Positions 37,001-46,684 of a stretch of 64,000 nucleotides of DNA are shown here, one piece after another. How positions within the stretch are numbered: the first letter of the stretch is position 1; each line of letters opens with the position of its first letter. This DNA is from Candidatus Levybacteria bacterium RIFCSPHIGHO2_02_FULL_40_18 (GTDB lineage: Bacteria > Patescibacteriota > Microgenomatia > Levybacterales > GWA1-39-11). The position numbers were made by a program, and so were the translations under genes. A model generated the notes under the pieces. It worked only from the letters and a program-made list of their open reading frames with translations, made no database searches and was not told the DNA's origin. Where the stretch lies: NCBI GenBank assembly GCA_001782235.1, contig MFOC01000007.1, forward strand, positions 315,909 through 379,908, given 5' to 3'.

Positions 37001-37554
37001 TGAAAAAGCTTTGCTTTGTAACCAGCAATAAGGACAAGGTAGATGAAGCGAGAGAAATCCTTGGAATACCAATTGAAATAGTTGATATAGATATTGATGA
37101 GATCCAGAGCATGGATCTTAGGAAAATCGTAAAGCATAAGGCTCTTGCGGCATATAAAAGAGTTAAAAGACCCGTGATTGTTGATGATGTAAGTTTTGAG
37201 GTTCGCGCATGGAATGGTTTTCCCGGTCCGTTTATTAAGTATATTTGTCAGGTGAGCAATAATACATGCGACCTTATGCTTAGAATGCTATCGGCAGAAA
37301 AAGATAGAACCGTCAAAGTTATCGCAGGAATCGGTTATCATGATGGCAAGAGAGTACATGTAATTGAAGGATCATTTATTGGGACAATAGTCGAACGAAG
37401 AGGAGATAGGGGATGGGGGTTTGATCCGTATGTTATTCCACGAGGTTATACAAAGACATTTGGTGAACTTTCGGAAAGTGTAAAAAATAAGATCTCACAT
37501 AGAGCACGGGCATTGCGGAAGTTCAAAAAATTACTTAATAGCCAAAAGAAATAA
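36997..37554 (+). CDS. rdgB: non-canonical purine NTP pyrophosphatase (RdgB/Ham1)
   Basis: Ham1 motifs (CFVTSNKDKVDEA ... FGELSESVKNKISHRARAL). Confidence 0.8.
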   Translation: MMKKLCFVTSNKDKVDEAREILGIPIEIVDIDIDEIQSMDLRKIVKHKALAAYKRVKRPVIVDDVSFEVRAWNGFPGPFIKYICQVSNNTCDLMLRMLSAEKDRTVKVIAGIGYHDGKRVHVIEGSFIGTIVERRGDRGWGFDPYVIPRGYTKTFGELSESVKNKISHRARALRKFKKLLNSQKK

Positions 37555-37593
37555 AACGAGATATAATTTAGTGATTAGGATTAAAGGATTAAA

Positions 37594-37878
37594 GTGATTA
37601 GTAATTATAAGGAGTTACTCTTTTGGCAAAGGGCTCATCAGGTCATATTGTTAGTGATAAAATTATGTAAAAATCTACCTAAGGATGGGATTTCGGTAAT
37701 TTTAATTAATCAAGTAATAAGAGCAGCGGGTTCAGTGGGGGCAAATATTGCTGAAGGCTTCGGAAGATATAAGGGGAAAGAGTATAAACGTTTTATTCAA
37801 ATCGCTTTAGGATCGGCGAACGAGACAGAATACTGGCTACTAGTAATTTCCGAAAGAAAATTAAACAACAAGCAATAA
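37594..37878 (+). CDS. four-helix-bundle protein (TIGR02436 / 23S rRNA IVS-protein family)
   Basis: ELLFWQRAHQVILLVIKL...VIRAAGSVGANIAEGFGRYKGKEYKRFIQIALGSANETEYWL. Confidence 0.7.
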   Translation: MISNYKELLFWQRAHQVILLVIKLCKNLPKDGISVILINQVIRAAGSVGANIAEGFGRYKGKEYKRFIQIALGSANETEYWLLVISERKLNNKQ

Positions 37879-37919
37879 CTAATCATTTTAGTCTTTTAGT
37901 CTTTTAATCTTAAACAATT

Positions 37920-39182
37920 ATGCTTGATATTAAGTTTATTCGGGAGAATCCGGATAAAGTTCGTGAAGGGGCAAAAAATAAAAATATCAATGTTCCGATT
38001 GATGAAATACTTCGTCTAGACCAAGAACATCGCGAATTGTCTCGGATACTCCAAGAATTGTATACCCAAAGAAACCGCGCCGCAAAAGAAAGAGATATTG
38101 AAGGCGGTCGGGAGGTTAAAGCAGAGGTTGATTCTAGCGAAGATAAACTTGGGAAAATCAAAGAAAGATTGGATGAACTTCTTTATGCCGTACCAAATTT
38201 GCCGGCCCTTGATGTAAAAATAGGAAAAGACGAATCGGAAAATGAGATTATTCGAAAAGTTGGTTCGCCGAAAAAGTTTTCATTCAAAGTTCGTGACCAT
38301 GTTGAGTTGGGAGAATTGCTTGAAATTATCGACCTTGAACGAGCAGCAAAAGTTTCCGGTACCCGATTCGCATATTTAAAAAATGAAGGAGTTCTTCTTG
38401 AATTCGCACTCGCCCAATTTGCCTTAGACAGCTTAATAAAGGAAGGATTTATTCCGATAATTCCGCCCGTGCTTATTAAGACGGAAACAATGAAAAAGGT
38501 CGGTTATATGGAACACGGTGGGGATGAGGACATGTTTCATATCGAAAAAGATGGTTTGACCCTCGTGGGAACTGCCGAGCATTCAATCGTCGCAATGCAT
38601 CAAGACGAAACATTTTTGGAACGTGATCTACCTGTAAGATATGTCGGGTTTTCATCTGCCTTCAGGCGTGAAGCGGGATCTTACGGCAAAGACACTCGGG
38701 GAATTCTTCGCGTCCACCAATTTGATAAAGTAGAAATGGTTTCATATACGACTCCTGAAAAGAGCGATAGTGAACAAGACTATCTTTTGAATATTGAAGA
38801 GAAGTTTTTTCAGGCGCTCAAGATCCCTTATCAAGTTGTCAAAATGTGTACAGCCGATTTAGGATTTGTTCAGGCCAAAAAATATGATATTGAAGCATGG
38901 ATTCCGTCTCAAGAGAAATATCGAGAGATGACCTCCGCATCGCATCTTACAGATTTTCAAGCAAGACGGTTGAATATTAAATTCCTGCCTGCCGGCAGGC
39001 AAGGCCAAAAAGGTTTGGAAAAAGAATTCATACACACTCTCAACGCCACAGGTTTTGCAATTGGCCGAACTTTAATTGCAATTCTTGAAAATTATCAAGA
39101 AAAGGATGGTTCAGTTGTTGTACCAGAAATTTTGCGAAATTACGTAAATATAGATAAGATTTCACCAAAGAAATTAAAATAG
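37920..39182 (+). CDS. serS: serine--tRNA ligase
   Basis: N-terminal coiled-coil arm and the class II core (FRREAGSYGKDTRGILRVHQFDKVE). Confidence 0.9.
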   Translation: MLDIKFIRENPDKVREGAKNKNINVPIDEILRLDQEHRELSRILQELYTQRNRAAKERDIEGGREVKAEVDSSEDKLGKIKERLDELLYAVPNLPALDVKIGKDESENEIIRKVGSPKKFSFKVRDHVELGELLEIIDLERAAKVSGTRFAYLKNEGVLLEFALAQFALDSLIKEGFIPIIPPVLIKTETMKKVGYMEHGGDEDMFHIEKDGLTLVGTAEHSIVAMHQDETFLERDLPVRYVGFSSAFRREAGSYGKDTRGILRVHQFDKVEMVSYTTPEKSDSEQDYLLNIEEKFFQALKIPYQVVKMCTADLGFVQAKKYDIEAWIPSQEKYREMTSASHLTDFQARRLNIKFLPAGRQGQKGLEKEFIHTLNATGFAIGRTLIAILENYQEKDGSVVVPEILRNYVNIDKISPKKLK

Positions 39183-39579
39183 TTAAAATGGTTGGAATAG
39201 TTGAATGGTTTTGATAGCCATGTAACCATGTAGCTATTTTAGCCATTGGCTCTTTTGATTTTTGTTGATTTATCAGTCTAAACCTTAATTTTCGAAGCAG
39301 GCAATTTTCTTGACAAAATTTTTTATTTTTTTCACGATTAAATTGGAGCATAATAAGTTCTAGTTTGAGATACTGTTTGGTCCGCCAGACCTTACTTTAG
39401 GGCTTTTCAGTATTATTCATACACGCCCTAAAGAGCGGTCTTCGGCGGACGTAAGAAACTGTAAACTCACTTTACAGTTCGTTAACAGTTTCTAACGGAG
39501 GTGATATTTTCATGGCAAGAAAAAAAGCAAAGAGAAGGAAGAGGAGATAAAATAAATTCCAAAGAATGATCATCTTTTG

Positions 39580-39610
39580 GATAAAAGAGTCCCGCACCAG
39601 AATTGGTGCG
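39580..39610 (+). terminator. Rho-independent terminator-like hairpin
   Basis: tcccgcacca-gaat-tggtgcggga followed by a ttttta T-run. Confidence 0.6.
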
Positions 39611-39737
39611 GGATTTTTATACTCCTCCATTCGTATTTTAGCCTCATTTATGGTAAAATTGAAAGTCAACCGAATTTTAGGATAGTAATCTTGTTGACTT
39701 TCATCCCGAACTTGATTCGGGATCTCATATTCTAATT

Positions 39738-42512
39738 ATGCTTGGTGTTTTGTCTAAGTTTTTTGACTCAAACGAGCGAGAGATTAAAAAATTTTTACCC
39801 ATTGTTGATGAGATCAATGCTCTTTCGGAGAAAACTAAAAAACTTCGCGATTCTGATTTTCCAAAAAAAACAGAAGAACTAAAAAAAAGAATAGAAAAAG
39901 GCGAAAGTATTTTCATGGTTTTACCTGAAGCTTTCGCTCTTGTACGTGAAGCTTCTCTAAGAACCACGGGTTTACGGCCATATGATGTTCAACTAATCGC
40001 GGCCACTGTTCTTTCTCAAGGCAAAGTCGCAGAGCAAAAAACAGGAGAAGGAAAAACTCTTTCGGCAGTCCCCGCCCTATACTTGAACGCCCTTACAGGC
40101 AATACGGTTCATCTTGTTACCGTAAATGACTATCTTGCTCGTCGTGACGCAGGATGGATGGGGGCAATTTTTGACTTTTTAGGAATGAACGTTTCCTCAA
40201 TAATTTCCGATGCTTCTTTTATTTACGATACCAAATACACAGATGAATCGGCACAGGACTTCAGGCTCCTTCATCTCAGGCCTATATCTCGAAAAGAAGC
40301 ATATCAAGCCAATATAGTTTACGGAATCAATTCTGAATTTGGATTCGATTATCTTCGCGACAACATGGTCTTTAATAGCGAACAATTGGCTCAAACAGGA
40401 CACACATATGCAATTATTGATGAGGTAGACTCGGTTTTAATCGATGAAGCAAGAACGCCCCATATAATCTCAATGCCGGACGCTACGCCTTCCCAAAAAT
40501 ATTATGAATATGCAAAAATTGTCGATAAACTCAACAAGGAAATAGACTATAAAGTAGATGAGAAGACAAGAACTGCACACTTAACAGATCACGGGATTGA
40601 AAAGGTTGAAAAGCTTTACGGCGTCAAAGATATATATGAAAAGGATTTTGATACGGTTTATCATATAGAAGCCGCTCTTAAGGCAAATACCCTGTTTCAT
40701 AAAGACCGCGATTACATTGTCCGCGACAACCAAGTTATTCTAGTTGATGAGTTTACCGGAAGACTTCTTGAAGGAAGGCGTTTGTCAGAAGGTCTCCATC
40801 AGGCAATTGAGGCAAAGGAAGGCGTCGCGATCCAGCAAGAGTCAAAAACTCTTGCAACTGTTTCTCTTCAAAACTACTTCAGAATGTATGAAAAGATTGC
40901 GGGAATGACGGGAACAGCCGTAACTGAGGCTGAGGAGTTTCAAAAGATCTACAAACTTGATGTAGTTTCGATCCCTACTCATAAAGAGATGATTCGCGAA
41001 GATCTTGGCGATCAGATCTATAAGACTACGCGCGCAAAAGTGGCTGCAGTAGTTAGGGAGATTGAGGAAGCACATAAAAAAGGACAGCCGGTGTTAGTTG
41101 GCACTACATCAATTGATAAGAACGAAATAATTTCAGAATATCTAAAAAGAAAAGGGATCCTGCACGAGGTTTTAAATGCTAAAAATCACATTCGGGAGGC
41201 AATGATTATTCAGAATGCGGGTAAAAAAGGCGCGGTTACAGTTGCGACAAATATGGCTGGTCGAGGGGTAGATATTATTTTAGGAGGCCAGCCTCCATCA
41301 CAATTTGATATTGCCCACAAGGGAAAAAGCGGTCAGAAAAAACTTCGTGAAGATATGGAGAGATGGCAGAAGGAGCATGATGAGGTGGTCTCGCTTGGCG
41401 GGCTTTATTTAATTGGTACCGAAAAACACGAATCAAGAAGAATTGATAATCAGCTAAGGGGAAGATCTGGCCGCCAAGGAGATCCCGGAAAATCTATGTT
41501 CATTGTTTCTTTGGAGGATGATCTTATGAGAGTCTTTGGGGGAGAGCAGATTTCAAACCTAATGACTCGGTTTAATTTTCCGGAGGATCAACCACTCGCC
41601 CATGGTTTAGTTTCGCGTGTTATAGAACAAGCGCAAGTCAAGGTAGAAGGGTTTAATTTTGAAGCAAGAAAACACCTTCTTGATTATGACGATGTTTTAA
41701 ACAAGCAAAGAGAAATTATCTATAAAATGAGACAAGGAGTAGTAGGGAATGAAGCCGCCGGCCCAGAGGCCTCTGGCCAGAGGGATGATATAGTTGAAAT
41801 AGTTTTAGGGAAAGTCGCGAGCGTAATTGCAAATAATGTTCAATTTAATCTTTCAACAGAAACCCAAGAAGACGGGCGCAAAACCATAATTTCGGAATTC
41901 GCAAGCATTGTCCCCTTTGATGAACATTCGCAAGAACATCTCTATAAACAAATTCAGCAATATCAAACCGCAGAACAAATTTCGGACTTTTTAATCGGAA
42001 TAGCAAAGCAAATTTCTAAGAAATGGGAAGAGCAATTTGGCCGCGATCATTTGGCTCACGCATATAAAATCGTATTTCTATCAACAATCGATAATCTCTG
42101 GATGGACCATTTAACCTCGATGGAAGATCTTAGAACAGGAATCGGGCTACGGGGCTACGGACAGAGAGATCCTCTTATCGAATACAAAAACGAGGCATTT
42201 ACCATGTTTGAGCGTTTAATTTCGCAAATTGACGACGGTATAGCTCACCGCGCTTTTCGAATTAACATCGGAGAAATTCCTCCTCCGGCAGTCAGAGTAA
42301 ATATACAAGCAAACGTTCCGGAGTCAGAAGTGGGAGAAAAAGCTGAGAAGGTTAGCCGAGCTCCGCAAATCGCGAATCGAACAGAAATAGCTTCGAATAA
42401 TAATTTGAATGGTACTACAGGTGTCGAAAAAAAGAAAATCGGCCGCAACGACCCCTGCCCTTGCGGTTCGGGAAAGAAGTGGAAAAAGTGCCACTATCCC
42501 AACCTCCCATAA
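39738..42512 (+). CDS. secA: preprotein translocase ATPase SecA
   Basis: SecA DEAD motor motifs and the C-terminal Zn finger CPCGSGKKWKKCH. Confidence 0.92.
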   Translation: MLGVLSKFFDSNEREIKKFLPIVDEINALSEKTKKLRDSDFPKKTEELKKRIEKGESIFMVLPEAFALVREASLRTTGLRPYDVQLIAATVLSQGKVAEQKTGEGKTLSAVPALYLNALTGNTVHLVTVNDYLARRDAGWMGAIFDFLGMNVSSIISDASFIYDTKYTDESAQDFRLLHLRPISRKEAYQANIVYGINSEFGFDYLRDNMVFNSEQLAQTGHTYAIIDEVDSVLIDEARTPHIISMPDATPSQKYYEYAKIVDKLNKEIDYKVDEKTRTAHLTDHGIEKVEKLYGVKDIYEKDFDTVYHIEAALKANTLFHKDRDYIVRDNQVILVDEFTGRLLEGRRLSEGLHQAIEAKEGVAIQQESKTLATVSLQNYFRMYEKIAGMTGTAVTEAEEFQKIYKLDVVSIPTHKEMIREDLGDQIYKTTRAKVAAVVREIEEAHKKGQPVLVGTTSIDKNEIISEYLKRKGILHEVLNAKNHIREAMIIQNAGKKGAVTVATNMAGRGVDIILGGQPPSQFDIAHKGKSGQKKLREDMERWQKEHDEVVSLGGLYLIGTEKHESRRIDNQLRGRSGRQGDPGKSMFIVSLEDDLMRVFGGEQISNLMTRFNFPEDQPLAHGLVSRVIEQAQVKVEGFNFEARKHLLDYDDVLNKQREIIYKMRQGVVGNEAAGPEASGQRDDIVEIVLGKVASVIANNVQFNLSTETQEDGRKTIISEFASIVPFDEHSQEHLYKQIQQYQTAEQISDFLIGIAKQISKKWEEQFGRDHLAHAYKIVFLSTIDNLWMDHLTSMEDLRTGIGLRGYGQRDPLIEYKNEAFTMFERLISQIDDGIAHRAFRINIGEIPPPAVRVNIQANVPESEVGEKAEKVSRAPQIANRTEIASNNNLNGTTGVEKKKIGRNDPCPCGSGKKWKKCHYPNLP

Positions 42513-42624
42513 TTATATTAAAATCCTAAGAAACTTTTAAAATTTATGACTTTATGTTAAAATTACAACACTTCGACTCGTTTCACTCGCTCAGTGCGAG
42601 TAGTTCGTTTCGGATAATTATACA

Positions 42625-43269
42625 ATGGTTACAGTGCCTGAAGCTACTAAAAAGATTGTCGAACGTTCAAGATATCTTTCAGAGGCTATCTCGAAAGGTC
42701 TTATAAACTATTCGTCTCTTGCACGCTATATAAAGCCTGAACTTGAGGAAATGCTTTTAAAAAAAGTAAGCATCGCATCTATAATTATGGCTTTAAACCG
42801 CCTCGAATCTGATTTTCAACCAAAGTTTACGCAAAGCAATATTTTTAAAACTCCTCCGGAAATCACAGTTCGCTCAAATCTGATCTTAGCAGGGCTGTCG
42901 AATATTGATGTTCAAGGGCTATCGATACTTATCTCGCGTGACACTAATTCTCGTTCGCTTTTTTTAAAAAATCAGGGGATACACGAGGCCTCGTTTATTA
43001 TGAGTCAAGATTTATTCGAGAAATACAAAAATACTATAGAAAGCAAGAATCCTTTGGTGTTTCAGGATAAAGTTTCGACCATTACAATTTACCTACCCAA
43101 GGAAGCGCAGGAAACCTCTGGAATCTATTATTTTTTTCTAAAATCCCTTGCCTGGGAGGGTATAAACATACTCGAATTAGTTTCAACACCACAAGAACTT
43201 ACCATTGTTGTTTCCGACCATGATGTCGAGAGAGCGTTTGGTATTATTAAGTCCCTGTTCGCTTCCTAA
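42625..43269 (+). CDS. hypothetical protein (possible ACT-like regulatory domains)
   Basis: 214 aa with two beta-alpha-beta-beta-alpha-beta-like segments. Weak call. Confidence 0.35.
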   Translation: MVTVPEATKKIVERSRYLSEAISKGLINYSSLARYIKPELEEMLLKKVSIASIIMALNRLESDFQPKFTQSNIFKTPPEITVRSNLILAGLSNIDVQGLSILISRDTNSRSLFLKNQGIHEASFIMSQDLFEKYKNTIESKNPLVFQDKVSTITIYLPKEAQETSGIYYFFLKSLAWEGINILELVSTPQELTIVVSDHDVERAFGIIKSLFAS

Positions 43270-44750
43270 TCTTTCGAATCATAATTGACTTTGTACAAAT
43301 AAGCAGTTCCGATTTGCTTCTCAAGTCTTATTTTCCCAACCTTTTCCATATTTTTTACTCCCTCGCGAAAGTTCCGGGGGCTTTCGAGAAGCTGAATGAG
43401 AGTTTGTTGCTCGCTTAAGTTAACCATTATATATTCGGCTTCTTTTGGGAAATCAAGCCACCAGCAGAGCTTTCTTCCGCAGGGATTATTCTCAATTTCA
43501 TGTTCGCGAGGATATATTAGATAGATTTGGTTTCTGTGAGAAATGTGGGGGACTATGTTTTGCGTCGAGGCAATACTCGCATCTTTCGGGATAGACGTGA
43601 TTAGCTTTCCCGTGTCTTTCATCCATTGTTCGCTCTTATAATATATTGGCTTTGACAATTTATTTAGAGCAAAGTGGAATTTGTATTGCAGGAGGAGAGC
43701 TACGGATACCATTACAATAGCAATAATCTCGGGCTTTCCCGCGAAGCGGGATCCCGCCCTGCGGGAAAATTTTCGCTTCAAAATATTAATTGCGTCCAGA
43801 GTCCCCAATAGTAAAAATGGTGCAAGGATTGCCCTGTGATGCATAAATGGGCTCCACATTCGTGCAAAGGCTTCGCCCGTTACAAAATATTGCGAAAGAT
43901 CAAGCGTAACCGCAAGAATTGCTCCGGGCGAGAGAAGAGGAAGAGCGGAGAACCAGGAAAATGAATAAAGCCACACCTGTTGTTTTTCTTGGCTATTGAA
44001 GAAATTGCTGATTAGATTTGCTGGCTGTAAGTCGATTTGAGGTGTATATTCGAACCCAATCGGCGAGAAATATCGAGTTAGAGTGATAGCGATAAGCGTT
44101 GCTAAAAAACCTCCAAAGATGAATCCTAGCGCAGCTTTACGATATTGTTTTTGAAACAAATAAATAAGTCCCAGAGAAGCAAGGGCGATGCCCATGTTTT
44201 CCTGTGTTAGAAGTAGTAAAATTATTGATCCGGATAACAGTTTCCAGTTTTTTGTTTCCAAAAAATAAGCGATCCAAGGAATTAAACCCACCCCTATTGC
44301 AACGGGATGAAAATCAAAAAATACCAAAAATTGTATTCCGTAGAAAAGGCTATAGACAAAGCTTAAACATAGGGCTACTAATGAAAAATAGCCTCTATTT
44401 CGCACCAAAAGAAATATGGGAAGCGCAGAAAGACTTACCCAAAACGCCTGAAAAAGCAATAAGATTCTTACATCATCCCAAATCCAAAAAAGGGGCGAAA
44501 GAAGCGGGAGAGTTAACGCAAGATGATCACCTAAGATAAACCTATTTTTAATTGTGTTGTATGGAGCCTGAAATTGAGAATATTGCCAGATGGATTGATC
44601 GTAAAGACCAAGATCAAAGGCGCCCGATTGGAAATTGTTATGTCGCACAATAGAAAGTGTCGAATAGAGCATAGTCAAAGTAACAATCCATACAAACAGA
44701 AGCTTTACGGAAGATCGTTCGATTAATGGAATAAATCCCTTAAGATTCAT
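43266..44750 (-). CDS. DUF2079-family integral membrane protein
   Basis: Polytopic protein with the DUF2079 N-terminal motif (RHNNFQSGAFDLGLYDQSIWQ). Confidence 0.7.
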   Translation of the reverse strand: MNLKGFIPLIERSSVKLLFVWIVTLTMLYSTLSIVRHNNFQSGAFDLGLYDQSIWQYSQFQAPYNTIKNRFILGDHLALTLPLLSPLFWIWDDVRILLLFQAFWVSLSALPIFLLVRNRGYFSLVALCLSFVYSLFYGIQFLVFFDFHPVAIGVGLIPWIAYFLETKNWKLLSGSIILLLLTQENMGIALASLGLIYLFQKQYRKAALGFIFGGFLATLIAITLTRYFSPIGFEYTPQIDLQPANLISNFFNSQEKQQVWLYSFSWFSALPLLSPGAILAVTLDLSQYFVTGEAFARMWSPFMHHRAILAPFLLLGTLDAINILKRKFSRRAGSRFAGKPEIIAIVMVSVALLLQYKFHFALNKLSKPIYYKSEQWMKDTGKLITSIPKDASIASTQNIVPHISHRNQIYLIYPREHEIENNPCGRKLCWWLDFPKEAEYIMVNLSEQQTLIQLLESPRNFREGVKNMEKVGKIRLEKQIGTAYLYKVNYDSKD

Positions 44751-44804
44751 TAACTTGATACTAAAATTCTAATCCAAATTTCTTCTTTTTGCTATTATTA
44801 AAGT

Positions 44805-45677
44805 ATGGATTCTTCAGGACACTATAGAAAGCTTGCGGATAAGTGGATCAAGCGGCACCGTGATTTTCAGGAACAGTTGTGGGCTTCGCACGGAGATGCA
44901 ATAAATGACTTTATAAACAGCACAAAAAATTTTGCCATTGGGTCAATCTCGGGGCTAATGCTTTTATCAAGTCCAGCCGCAAATTTAATTGGGCCAGTCA
45001 GTGCGCTGACGGTCGAAGAACAAAAATTACCCGTAGATAAAAGCGCTTTTTTGGCCTCAGATGTTCTTTCTGTTTTGCCAAAGGAGGTTCGTCCATTAAC
45101 GCCGGAAGAAGAAAATTCCATTTCTCAGATTTTTACTCGGGATTTTGGGTTTAAAGTCGCACATGAACTTTCAGGTATTCGATTGAATCGATCATATGGT
45201 TATATAGGGGCCGAGCAGCATCTGGCGCGATATCCCGGTGACACAATGACTACTCATTTCGAGGATAGTTCGGATAGTTCAAAATTCTATTCGTCCGGAA
45301 TGGCACCGGGACTGGGTGCCTGGGGTTATTTTGCAAATTCTCGTTCGGAATTAACCCAAAAAGACATAGATCGTGAGAAATATTATATTGCCGTTCAAAC
45401 ATTTCTTGCTCCGGGATTCGCGGAGCACACGGGAAAATACATTACTTTTTTTAAATTTCGGAAAATGCTTGTAGTGAATCCTCATACCGGGCGTGCTATA
45501 GTAGTGGTGATAGGTGATGCCGGACCCGCTGAATGGACTGGAAAGAGTTTGGGCGGGTCGCCCGAGGTTATGAAGTATCTTGAGCGTGTTGACGGTAGCG
45601 GGAGAGGGCCGGTTCTGTATTTTTTTATAGACGATCCAGAAGACAAGGTTCCACTGGGACCAATCGAAATTAAATAG
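44805..45677 (+). CDS. hypothetical protein with possible RlpA-like double-psi beta-barrel domain
   Basis: The C-terminal segment LVVNPHTGRAIVVVIGDAGPAEWTGKSLGGSPEVMKYL resembles the DPBB pattern V.V.N..NGR.V.V.V.DRGP. Confidence 0.35.
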   Translation: MDSSGHYRKLADKWIKRHRDFQEQLWASHGDAINDFINSTKNFAIGSISGLMLLSSPAANLIGPVSALTVEEQKLPVDKSAFLASDVLSVLPKEVRPLTPEEENSISQIFTRDFGFKVAHELSGIRLNRSYGYIGAEQHLARYPGDTMTTHFEDSSDSSKFYSSGMAPGLGAWGYFANSRSELTQKDIDREKYYIAVQTFLAPGFAEHTGKYITFFKFRKMLVVNPHTGRAIVVVIGDAGPAEWTGKSLGGSPEVMKYLERVDGSGRGPVLYFFIDDPEDKVPLGPIEIK

Positions 45678-45740
45678 TTAAAATGGTTAAAATAGTTAGA
45701 ATAGTTCAAAACCATGTAGCCATTTAACTATTTAGCTATT
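45672..45740. repeat. family-C repeat (aaatagttaaaatggtt ... aaccatgtagccat ... aactatttagctatt), copy C2; other copies 39178-39250, 50536-50625, 52268-52312, 59403-59478
   Basis: Five copies, each starting at or overlapping the stop codon of a + strand gene. Some contain an in-frame ATGGCTAAATGG. Confidence 0.8.
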
Positions 45741-45749
45741 GATTACTCT

Positions 45750-46079
45750 ATGATTAAACACTTTTATTCATATCATGTTGAGATTGACTCGCTAATTATT
45801 GAAATCGAGTCCCTTCCAATCGAGGAACACGAAAAGAGACATCTAGTTGAACTTGCAGAATCTCAAGTTCACAATGCCATTTTGGATTCGATTCTTTCAG
45901 AATTAATTACGGAAGATAAGAGATTATTTCTTAAGCATTTAAATTCTAAAAATCATGAAATAATTTGGAAATTTTTAAGATCAAAAGTAAAAGATATTGA
46001 AGAAAAAATTGAAGGCGTCGCGCTTTCCGTTAAAAAAGAATTATATAGAGACATAAGAGAAATTAAGGGACAATCTTAA
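45750..46079 (+). CDS. hypothetical protein
   Basis: 109-aa ORF, helical and charged. Confidence 0.35.
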   Translation: MIKHFYSYHVEIDSLIIEIESLPIEEHEKRHLVELAESQVHNAILDSILSELITEDKRLFLKHLNSKNHEIIWKFLRSKVKDIEEKIEGVALSVKKELYRDIREIKGQS

Positions 46080-46080
46080 A

Positions 46081-46464
46081 ATGGCATACAAAAAAATAGA
46101 TAAACCCAGATTGCTTGAAGGGGAGACTGTCGAAGCCCGATGGGATCCAAAGAAAATAATAATAGGAGTTGTAATCCTTGCAGCATTGGGCCTTTTGGGA
46201 GCAATAATGTTGACCGGAATCGGAAGACAAGGTTCGGTAAGTGGTCGAGAGACTTTGGGTACAACAAACGAAGCGCCATCCCTCCCATCATCTGAGAATA
46301 TTGAAAGGATTATCCGTGAAACCCGTGAAACAATGTCCAATATAACTGCCGATAATCTTACCTCCTCACAGGCGGCAATCCAGAAGATGATTTCAGATCT
46401 TGAAATTCTTCAAGGGAAAAAAGATGTAAAAGACGTAATTTGCGAGTTAATCTGTAAGAAATAA
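46081..46464 (+). CDS. hypothetical membrane-anchored protein
   Basis: 127 aa with a single TM helix (IIIGVVILAALGLLGAIMLTGI). Its start overlaps the upstream stop (TAAAATGG). Confidence 0.4.
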   Translation: MAYKKIDKPRLLEGETVEARWDPKKIIIGVVILAALGLLGAIMLTGIGRQGSVSGRETLGTTNEAPSLPSSENIERIIRETRETMSNITADNLTSSQAAIQKMISDLEILQGKKDVKDVICELICKK

Positions 46465-46684
46465 ATTCAAATTCCTAAATTCTAAAAAATATATCAATAT
46501 ATTATTAGAAAATAGTTACAGGAAAATGGAAATTAGTAATAGAAAGTAGAAAATAGAAAGTAGTTAAATAAAAATAAATAAAAACCAATTTCTAATATCT
46601 AATTTCTATTACCATTTTCTTATTTCCAACAACCAATTTCTTATTGACAGAATTTTGATATTCGAATTTAGGATTTAAAATAGT

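Noticed and set aside
39040-39351. ORF 39040-39351(-) (MAKIATWLHGYQNHS...)
   Set aside because: Its N-terminus is simply the reverse-strand reading of the family-C repeat (ATGGCTAAAATAGCTACATGG), and the rest is antisense to the serS 3' end. It is a repeat-induced artefact.
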